Shown here: in pieces, positions 16,241 through 21,516 of the stretch
Numbering within the stretch: position 1 is the first letter of the stretch
Layout: every line of letters begins with the position of its first letter
DNA from: Motilibacter aurantiacus
GTDB taxonomy: Bacteria > Actinomycetota > Actinomycetes > Motilibacterales > Motilibacteraceae
Direction: 5' to 3'
Assembly: GCF_011250645.1 (NCBI RefSeq)
Contig: NZ_JAANNO010000006.1
Location: 270,762-294,761, forward strand
DNA: 24,000 nt
Notes under the pieces: generated by a model
Databases searched by the model: none
Told to the model about the DNA's origin: nothing
The model's input: the letters and a program-made list of their open reading frames with translations, nothing else
Translations under genes and position numbers: made by a program

Positions 16241-17122
16241 GTGACGCTCGGGTCGACGGGGGACGGATGGGCCCGGTGCGACGCCGGGCACCGGCACTGG
16301 GGCCTTGGCGGAGCCGCCGGCCTGCTGCTGTGGGCACAGGGCTCGGTCCTGCTCCAGCTGCGCGCCGCGTGGAGCCACGAGGGCGGCACGTGGGGGCTTC
16401 CCGGCGGGGCCCGCGGCCTCGACGAGGACGCGGTGGGCGCCGCCCTGCGGGAGACCCGCGAGGAGACCGGCCTGACCGTGGCGCGCGCGGCCGCGACCGG
16501 CCGGCTGGTCGTCGACCACGGCGGGTGGTCGTACACCACCGTGCTCGCCCGCGTCGACTGCGCGTCGCCCGTGGTGGCCGACCGGGAGAGCGCTGCACTC
16601 GAGTGGGCCCCCGTCGGCCAGGTGGCCGAACGGGAGCTGCACCCCGGCCTGGCGGAGGCCTGGCCGTTGCTGGAGACCGCGGCCGGCCGGCGGCTGCGCC
16701 TTGTCGTCGACGCCGCGAACGTCGTCGGGTCGCGCCCGGACGGCTGGTGGCGCGACCGTCGCGCCGCCGCCGCCCGGCTGCGCAGCCAGCTCGTCGGCCT
16801 CGCCGTCCCCGGGCCGGCGCTGCCACCCGTGCTCGGCCTGCCGGCGCTGGACTCGTGGGCGCCCGAGACGCTGCTCGTCGTCGAGGGTGCCGCGCGGGGC
16901 CTCGCCGACGAGCCGCCGCGCCCCGGTCTGACGGTCGTCGCAGCGCCCGCCTCGGGGGACGACGAGGTGGCCCGGGCCGCCGTGCCTGCGCCCGGGGACG
17001 CCGTGCTCGTCGTGACGAGCGACCGTGAGCTGCGACGTCGCTGCGCTGATCTGGGCGCGTCCGTGGTGGGCGCGGGCTGGCTGCGCGAGCTGCTCGACGC
17101 CCGCGCCGACCCCGACCGCTGA
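16241..17122 (+). CDS. Fusion protein: N-terminal NUDIX hydrolase plus C-terminal NYN/YacP-like (PIN-type) putative ribonuclease domain
   Basis: The Nudix box is GLPGGARGLDEDAVGAALRETREETGL (G-x5-E-x7-REuxEExGu). The C-terminal half, RLVVDAANVVGSRPDGWWRDRRAAAARL...LLVVEGAARG...AVLVVTSDRELRRRCADLGASVVGAGWL, follows the YacP/Rae1-type NYN pattern (hhVDGxN ... hhVhFD-like ... TSD ... GA). TACGCT lies 7 nt before the GTG, so the transcript may be leaderless. Confidence 0.75.
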   Translation: MTLGSTGDGWARCDAGHRHWGLGGAAGLLLWAQGSVLLQLRAAWSHEGGTWGLPGGARGLDEDAVGAALRETREETGLTVARAAATGRLVVDHGGWSYTTVLARVDCASPVVADRESAALEWAPVGQVAERELHPGLAEAWPLLETAAGRRLRLVVDAANVVGSRPDGWWRDRRAAAARLRSQLVGLAVPGPALPPVLGLPALDSWAPETLLVVEGAARGLADEPPRPGLTVVAAPASGDDEVARAAVPAPGDAVLVVTSDRELRRRCADLGASVVGAGWLRELLDARADPDR

Positions 17123-17145
17123 CCGGCCGGGCGGACGGGCCCGCC

Positions 17146-17166
17146 GGGCCCGCTGGGCGCGGGCCC
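17146..17166. terminator. Short GC hairpin between convergent genes (possible terminator)
   Basis: gggcccgc-tgggc-gcgggccc forms an 8-bp stem between the NUDIX-NYN stop (17122) and the stop of the 61-aa minus ORF (17188). Confidence 0.35.
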
Positions 17167-17187
17167 ACGCTCCCCCTGGGTCCCGCC

Positions 17188-17373
17188 TCACGCGTGCCCG
17201 GTCTCCTCCGACCTGGCCGGGTCGACCGACCCACCCGCGGCGTCGGGGTCTGCGGCCCGGGCCTGCTGCTCGCCGCCCACCAGCTCCCCGAGCACGTCGC
17301 CGTGCGGCGGCGTGGAGTCCTCGGGGTCCGGGTGCGGCCCCGTGCTCGTCCCCTGACCGCTCGTTCCTGTCAT
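17188..17373 (-). CDS. Small acidic hypothetical protein (61 aa), translationally coupled to the DUF3072 gene
   Basis: Its ATG overlaps the upstream TGA (caggaATGAcagga). GC3 is about 90%. No family recognised (MTGTSGQGTSTGPHPDPEDSTPPHGDVLGELVGGEQQ...). Confidence 0.45.
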   Translation of the reverse strand: MTGTSGQGTSTGPHPDPEDSTPPHGDVLGELVGGEQQARAADPDAAGGSVDPARSEETGHA

Positions 17374-17618
17374 TCCTGCCCCGCCTCCTCGCGCAGTCGG
17401 TCGATCTCGCGGCTCGCGTCGGCCTTGGTGATCTCCTCCGGGCTCTGCGGCGCCTCCTCGCCCGCCTGGCGGGCCAGCGTCTCCAGGTAGCTCAACTGGG
17501 CACCGGTGGCCGGCTCACCGCCGGTCACCCACTCGCTCGGGTCCTTCTCCGTGGACCGCTGCTGGGCGTCCTCGGACCGCCCGGTGTCGCTCTCGTTCGC
17601 TTGGCTGCTGTCGCTCAT
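17370..17618 (-). CDS. DUF3072-type small protein
   Basis: MSDSSQANESDTGRSEDAQQRSTEKDPSEWVTGGEPATGAQLSYLETLARQAGEEAPQSPEEITKADASREIDRLREEAGQE matches the DUF3072 pattern (KDPSxWxTGxEPMTGAQxSYLxTLxxEAGE...TKAEASxxID). ATG at 17616-17618. The longer track ORF (to 17828) reads through low-complexity repeats (RCRCGCGCGCGC). Confidence 0.8.
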   Translation of the reverse strand: MSDSSQANESDTGRSEDAQQRSTEKDPSEWVTGGEPATGAQLSYLETLARQAGEEAPQSPEEITKADASREIDRLREEAGQE

Positions 17619-17627
17619 GCCGCGTCG

Positions 17628-17653
17628 GTACCCCCGCCCCGCGAGCGTTGAAC
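17628..17653 (-). promoter_or_regulatory. Candidate SigB/SigF-type (group 3 stress sigma) promoter of the DUF3072 gene; near-leaderless
   Basis: The minus strand reads GTTCAA-N14-GGGTAC-cgacgcggc-ATG. This is close to the known general-stress consensus GTTTAA-N12-15-GGGTAT (B. subtilis SigB; similar GGGTAC/T -10 for Streptomyces SigB and mycobacterial SigF). Only 9 nt and no SD lie between the -10 and the ATG. Confidence 0.45.
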
Positions 17654-17697
17654 GCCGGACCCGGCCGCTGCCGGTCACGCAAGCACGCCGTCGGCCG

Positions 17698-17759
17698 GAC
17701 CGGCACCCGCAGCCGCACCCGCAGCCGCACCGGCACCTGACCGGCACCTGACCGGCACG
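17698..17759. repeat. Compound short tandem repeats: gcacccgcagcc x2 followed by cggcacctgac x2.5 (CGGCAC motif four times)
   Basis: Read directly: gaccggcacccgcagcc gcacccgcagcc gcac cggcacctgac cggcacctgac cggcacgtg. Located in the 469-bp divergent intergenic region between the DUF3072 gene and the riboswitch/rpf-like gene. Confidence 0.85.
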
Positions 17760-17845
17760 TGTACGCGCCCGCTCCCGGGGCAGCCTGCCGGCAACGAGGC
17801 GGGGACGGCCGTCCCGGCTGTGCCGCACGCCACGGCCCCTCAGGC

Positions 17846-17875
17846 TGGACGCGCGTGCGAGGGCTGCTCTACGGT
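17846..17875 (+). promoter_or_regulatory. Candidate housekeeping-type promoter for the riboswitch-rpf-like transcript
   Basis: TGGACG-N18-TACGGT (-10 fits TAnnnT) lies about 55 nt upstream of the riboswitch-like element. This is a motif match only. Confidence 0.3.
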
Positions 17876-17929
17876 GCTGAACGTCCCGCAGCTCCTGCTG
17901 CGGGTCCCTCGTGCGGCGCCGAGTCCTGC

Positions 17930-18070
17930 CCGGGCACGAGGTTTCCGTGGATCACGGGCAGGAGCGGGGGACCCAATCGCGGGCGGTGCAGTTCGCCGCC
18001 CTTGGGGTGAAGCCGCAGCATGCGGCCGGGAAATCTCCTCCCGAACCCGACAGCTCACTTCGCAGGCGCT
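17930..18070 (+). promoter_or_regulatory. ydaO/yuaA-type cyclic-di-AMP riboswitch (boundaries approximate)
   Basis: The conserved ydaO blocks appear in the correct order: GGAUC...GGAGCGGGGGACCCA...UUGGGGUGAAGCC...GCCGGG...CCCGAACCCGACAGCUCACUUCGCAGGCG. The remembered consensus is AAUC..GGGGACCCA..GGGGUGAAUC..GCCGGG..CCCGAAUCCGACAGCUAACCUCGUAGGCG. The SD GGAGAGGG of the downstream Rpf-like gene follows immediately, which is a classic genomic context for this riboswitch in actinobacteria. Confidence 0.8.
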
Positions 18071-18087
18071 GGAGAGGGCCACCTCGC

Positions 18088-18735
18088 GTGCCGAGTTCGA
18101 TCCTGCGTCCCTACCAGGGGCGCCACCGCGCCGTACGCCCGTCCACCGCTCCCCGTGCGCTCGTCGCCGTTGCCGGAGCTGGCCTGACCACCGCGGCGCT
18201 CGCGGCCGGGAGCGCCGGTGCGGGCGCCGCACCCGCCAAGGGCAAGGCCGTCGTGCGCACGCCGCTGCTGGTCCAGGGGGCCGAGGGCGGTGCCGTCCGC
18301 GACCTGCAGGCCAGCCTGAAGATGTCGACGGTGACGGGCACGTTCGGCCCGAAGACCGTCGCCGCGATCAAGGCCTTCCAGCGGCGCAACCACCTGCCCG
18401 TGACCGGCAAGGCCGACGCGCTCACCTGGCGCGCGCTGCCCAAGGTCAAGGCCCCTGCGTCGCGCTCGGCCGACCGCAAGGTCGGCGGCCGCGACCTCGG
18501 GCTCGACAGCCTCAACTGGTCGGCGCTCGCCCGTTGCGAGTCCGGCGGCAACCCGCGCGCGGTGAACCCCGCGGGCTACTACGGCCTTTACCAGTTCAAC
18601 GTCGGCACCTGGCGTGGGGTCGGCGGCTCGGGGATGCCGCACCACGCGTCCGCGGAGGAGCAGACCTACCGGGCGCAGCTGCTCTACAAGCGCAGCGGCG
18701 CGCGCCCGTGGCCGCACTGCGGCAAGCTGCTCTGA
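18088..18735 (+). CDS. Secreted Rpf-like (resuscitation-promoting-factor/transglycosylase-like) protein with a PG_binding_1-type peptidoglycan-binding domain
   Basis: The C-terminus LNWSALARCESGGNPRAVNPAGYYGLYQFNVGTWRGVGGSGMPHHASAEEQTYRAQLLYKRSGARPWPHCG matches the Rpf/transglycosylase-like domain (catalytic CES, GxYQF, WP.CG). The middle, LLVQGAEGGAVRDLQASL...TGTFGPKTVAAIKAFQRRNHLPVTGKADALTWRAL, matches a PG-binding repeat. The N-terminal ALVAVAGAGLTTAALAAGSAGAGA looks like a signal peptide. The preferred start is GTG 18088 after GGAGAGGG. The track start 17911 lies inside the riboswitch. Confidence 0.85.
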   Translation: MPSSILRPYQGRHRAVRPSTAPRALVAVAGAGLTTAALAAGSAGAGAAPAKGKAVVRTPLLVQGAEGGAVRDLQASLKMSTVTGTFGPKTVAAIKAFQRRNHLPVTGKADALTWRALPKVKAPASRSADRKVGGRDLGLDSLNWSALARCESGGNPRAVNPAGYYGLYQFNVGTWRGVGGSGMPHHASAEEQTYRAQLLYKRSGARPWPHCGKLL

Positions 18736-18790
18736 CTCCTGCTTCCCGAGCCTGGCGGTGGCGAACGCTGCCGGGGGACCCTGCTCAGCC

Positions 18791-18825
18791 CGAGGGGCGG
18801 CGCTTCGTGCAAGCGCCGCCCCTCG
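18791..18825. terminator. Strong hairpin between convergent genes (terminator)
   Basis: cgaggggcggcgctt-cgtgc-aagcgccgcccctcg forms a perfect 15-bp stem between the rpf-like stop (18735) and the DUF3140 stop (18890). Confidence 0.75.
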
Positions 18826-18889
18826 CGCGCGTAGCGCCGCGTCCCGGAGCGCGGGCCCGGATGCTGCCGGCCACGACCGCGGGAAGCGG

Positions 18890-19339
18890 TCAGTGGACCC
18901 GCAGCGGGTCGTGGCCCACAGCCATCAGGGAGCGCCGCAGCGCGTCATCGCGCAGGTCGATGGTGTTGTGGGTGACGTCGCCCTCCGGGTACGCCGCTCG
19001 CACCCGGTCGATCACGGCCCGCATGACGTCCACGTCGTGCTCGGTGAGGTCGACCTTCCGCTTGGCCAGCACCTGGGCGACCGCCTCGCCGAGGCCCTCG
19101 CTCTCCAGCGCCGCCCGCTCGCCGTCACCCATGTCGTCCGCGGCCATAGAGCCCATCGTCGCCTCCACCGAGGTGTCCGCCCCGGGCTGGCTCGCCGAGC
19201 CCGCCGTCATGCCGGGCAGCACCTCGCCGTCCTCGCTCGATGCATCGGCCCGCAGGAACTCCTGCAGCTCGCGCGAGGTCATGGTGACCACGCCGTGGAA
19301 CTCCTCCCACAGCGCGTCCAGCTCCTGACCGCGGTCCAT
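18890..19339 (-). CDS. DUF3140-type protein
   Basis: MDRGQELDALWEEFHGVVTMTSRELQEFLRADASSEDGE...AVAQVLAKRKVDLTEHDVDVMRAVIDRV... follows the DUF3140 pattern (WxEFHxxVNMTxxELxxWL...ILxKRKxDLTxxD). A strong SD GAGAGGGGA lies 4 nt before the ATG. Confidence 0.75.
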   Translation of the reverse strand: MDRGQELDALWEEFHGVVTMTSRELQEFLRADASSEDGEVLPGMTAGSASQPGADTSVEATMGSMAADDMGDGERAALESEGLGEAVAQVLAKRKVDLTEHDVDVMRAVIDRVRAAYPEGDVTHNTIDLRDDALRRSLMAVGHDPLRVH

Positions 19340-19351
19340 GCCGTCCCCTCT

Positions 19352-19393
19352 CGACGTTTCCCTGTGCGACGTTTCCCTGTGCGACGTGCTTCC
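19352..19393. repeat. 15-bp tandem repeat cgacgtttccctgtg x2 plus a diverged partial third copy, in the DUF3140 leader
   Basis: Read directly: cgacgtttccctgtg cgacgtttccctgtg cgacgtgcttcc, 13-55 nt upstream of the ATG. The minus strand reads cacagggaaacgtcg x2. Confidence 0.9.
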
Positions 19394-19467
19394 GACGGTC
19401 GAGCCGGCACCCGCGCGCTGTCATGCCCGCGGTGGCAGTACATGCTCGACGGCGCCTGGTGTCCGAT

Positions 19468-19493
19468 ATGCCCGCTGCTCTCGAGGTTGACCC
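19468..19493 (-). promoter_or_regulatory. Weaker candidate SigB/SigF-type promoter upstream of the DUF3140 gene
   Basis: The minus strand reads GGGTC-N15-GGGCAT, about 128 nt upstream of the ATG. The -10 has C where the consensus has T (GGGTAT). Confidence 0.25.
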
Positions 19494-19526
19494 GTGCCCG
19501 TGATCCGGGCCACCGGAGCGAGCAGG

Positions 19527-19919
19527 TCAGCGGGCGGAGCGGGCGACGAGGTCGCGGACGTCCTCGGGCAGCACACCGCGTGGCCGGGAGGCGAGGCCGC
19601 CGCCGCTCTCGAGATCGACGATGCGGAAGACCGTGCGGGCGACCGAGGCCGCGCGCGGCGCGTCCAAGCTGGTGCGCTCGGCGACCAGCGCGACGAAGTC
19701 GTCGGCCAGCGCCGGGTCCGCGGGGCCGTTCGCGCCCAGCCCGTCGCGCAGGTGCGCGGCCAGGTCGGGCGGGAGCCGCTCCGCCAGCGTGGCCGCGACG
19801 GTGTCGGGGACGCGTTCCCCCAGCGCCCGCAGCGTGGCGCTCGTGGCACGGTCGGCCATCGCCGGTGAGGCGAGCCGGGCGCGATGCTGGACCAGGCGGG
19901 CGAGCTGGGCGTAGTGCAC
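19527..19919 (-). CDS. DUF2267-type protein
   Basis: VHYAQLARLVQHRARLASPAMADRATSATLRALGERVPDTVAATLAERLPPDLAAHLRDG...DDFVALVAERTSLDAPRAASVARTVFRIV... follows the DUF2267 pattern (two helical repeats, AxxAxxAVLxTLGERL...LAxxLPxxL). The preferred start is GTG 19917-19919 after GGAGG. The track ORF extends 68 codons further. Confidence 0.75.
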   Translation of the reverse strand: MHYAQLARLVQHRARLASPAMADRATSATLRALGERVPDTVAATLAERLPPDLAAHLRDGLGANGPADPALADDFVALVAERTSLDAPRAASVARTVFRIVDLESGGGLASRPRGVLPEDVRDLVARSAR

Positions 19920-19963
19920 GTACAACCTCCAGCGCCGTGGCGGGATACTCGCGTGCGCTGGGC

Positions 19964-19990
19964 TTGCCCCGATGGTCGGGCTTCGAACCC
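19964..19990 (-). promoter_or_regulatory. Weaker candidate SigB/SigF-type promoter upstream of the DUF2267 gene
   Basis: The minus strand reads GGGTTC-N15-GGGCAA, about 45 nt upstream of the GTG. Confidence 0.25.
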
Positions 19991-20060
19991 TCAATTGGTG
20001 ACAATTCGTCCCTGCATGGTCACGGAGCGATAGGAGAAGGGGTCGCACCGCCGACGGCAC

Positions 20061-20085
20061 GTTGGGAGGGACCGTCGACGGGTAG
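20061..20085 (+). promoter_or_regulatory. Candidate SigB/SigF-type promoter of the 73-aa ORF; near-leaderless
   Basis: GTTGGG-N13-GGGTAG-ggcaggctc-ATG has the same 9-nt distance from the -10 to the ATG as the DUF3072 gene. No SD is present. Confidence 0.4.
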
Positions 20086-20094
20086 GGCAGGCTC

Positions 20095-20316
20095 ATGACC
20101 ACTTCTGACGACGCCCCTCCCACCCCGGCCGACGACGCGGTCCGCGACCGGCTCGCTGACAGCGACCTCGCGGCGAAGCCGCCGGCGATGCCGGACGCCG
20201 AGCGGCTCGAGTCGGCGCTGCGCGAGGGCGGCCCGCTGGTGCACGACGACCCGGAGCGGGAGCAGGCACGCCGGGCGCAGCCGACCGAGGACGGCCCGGG
20301 GACCTCGCTGACCTGA
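20095..20316 (+). CDS. Small acidic hypothetical protein (73 aa)
   Basis: MTTSDDAPPTPADDAVRDRLADSDLAAKPPAMPDAERLESALREGGPLVHDDPEREQARRAQPTEDGPGTSLT. GC3 is high, the sequence looks disordered and acidic, and no family is recognised. Confidence 0.45.
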   Translation: MTTSDDAPPTPADDAVRDRLADSDLAAKPPAMPDAERLESALREGGPLVHDDPEREQARRAQPTEDGPGTSLT

Positions 20317-20404
20317 CAGCACCACGCCGGCCGAGCAGCCGGCCGGGTCGCGGTGGCCTCCCGGTGGGGCAGGCCACCCTCCCGGCCGGCGGCCGGACGG
20401 AAGC

Positions 20405-21478
20405 ATGCCGGGCCCTTCGTGCGTTGACGTCTCTGCTATGACAATCGAGACGAGGCTGCAGACGACGCAGCAGACGCACCCGGGGGCTCCCACCCCCTCC
20501 GACGACTCTAACCGTGCAGCCGACGCGGCGACGCCGGTGTCCGAGCAGGACCTCGACCTCGCCGCCCCGACCGCTGACCTGGTCCGCCTCTACCTCGATG
20601 ACATCGGGCGGACCCCGCTCCTCACCGCGGCCGAGGAGGTAGAGCTCTCCCAGCGCATCGAGGCCGGTGTCTACGCCGAGCACCTGCTCAAGGAGGCGCC
20701 CAGCGACCTCGACGCCGAGCGGCGGGCCCAGCTCGAGGCGCTCGTCCGGGACGGCCTGCGGGCCAAGGACCAGATGCTGCGGGCCAACCTGCGGCTCGTC
20801 GTGTCGGTGGCCAAGAAGCACAGCCACCGCGGGCTGCCCTTCCTCGACGTCGTCCAGGAGGGCAACCTCGGCCTGGTCCGGGCGGTGGAGAAGTTCGACT
20901 ACCGCAAGGGCTACAAGTTCTCGACGTACGCCACCTGGTGGATCCGGCAGGCGATCGGGCGCGGGCTGGCCGAGCAGGCGCGCACCATCCGGCTGCCCGT
21001 CCACGTGCACGAGCAGATCGGCAAGCTGACCCGCGCCCTGCGCGAGCTGTCGAGCAAGCTCGAGCGCGAGCCCACGGACGAGGAGATCGCCGAAGCGCTC
21101 GGCTGGGACGTCGCGGACGTCGTGTCGCTGCGCCGTGTGGGGCGCGAGGCGATCAGCCTCGACACCCCGGTCGGCGACGACATGGACACCAGCGTCGGCG
21201 AGCTCGTCGTCGACACCGACGCCGTCACCGCTGTGGAGGCGGTCGAGCACCGCGCGATGCTGCGCGAGCTGCACCGAGCGATCGCGACGCTGCCGGAGCG
21301 GGAGGCGGCCATCGTGCGGCTCCGTTACGGGCTGCTCGACGGCCGGGCACGCACGTTGGACGAGATCGGCCGCGAGCTGGGCCTGACCCGCGAGCGGATC
21401 CGCCAGCTGGAGAAGGAGGCGCTGGCCAAGCTGCGCCACCCGTCGGCGACCCGGGACCTGCTCGACTGGGCGAGCTGA
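20405..21478 (+). CDS. Group 2 RpoD-family sigma factor (SigB/HrdD-like, non-essential paralog of the principal sigma)
   Basis: [108 protein letters not shown], and [30 protein letters not shown] are present. It lacks the long acidic N-terminal region of the principal sigma. An alternative start is ATG 20438 (MTIETR...). Confidence 0.9.
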   Translation: MPGPSCVDVSAMTIETRLQTTQQTHPGAPTPSDDSNRAADAATPVSEQDLDLAAPTADLVRLYLDDIGRTPLLTAAEEVELSQRIEAGVYAEHLLKEAPSDLDAERRAQLEALVRDGLRAKDQMLRANLRLVVSVAKKHSHRGLPFLDVVQEGNLGLVRAVEKFDYRKGYKFSTYATWWIRQAIGRGLAEQARTIRLPVHVHEQIGKLTRALRELSSKLEREPTDEEIAEALGWDVADVVSLRRVGREAISLDTPVGDDMDTSVGELVVDTDAVTAVEAVEHRAMLRELHRAIATLPEREAAIVRLRYGLLDGRARTLDEIGRELGLTRERIRQLEKEALAKLRHPSATRDLLDWAS

Positions 21479-21516
21479 CCCCGGGCGGCAGTGTCGGCCT
21501 GGTCCATGCTGGCTCC

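Noticed and set aside
10895-19393. Whether the short tandem repeats (10895-10954, 17698-17759, 19352-19393, 10155-10179) could be CRISPR arrays or IS/MITE ends.
   Set aside because: The units are 10-15 bp and directly abutting, with no spacers. There are no cas genes, flanking inverted repeats, target-site duplications, or transposase/integrase genes anywhere in the window.
19975-19995. tRNA-like T-arm sequence GGGTTCGAAGCCC (minus strand).
   Set aside because: The flanks do not form a 5-bp T stem, acceptor stem, anticodon arm or CCA context, so there is no cloverleaf. It more likely overlaps the putative -35 (GGGTTC).
20317-20404. Hairpins (ggtggcct-N11-aggccacc; gccggc palindromes) between the 73-aa ORF and the group-2 sigma gene, considered as a terminator/attenuator.
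   Set aside because: The stems are only 6-8 bp with a large loop and no U-tract. They cannot be distinguished from background GC-rich self-complementarity.
20424-20445. TTGACG ... GACAAT / TATGAC as a sigma-70-type promoter inside the start region of the group-2 sigma gene.
   Set aside because: The spacer is only 7-10 nt, far from the 16-19 nt needed.
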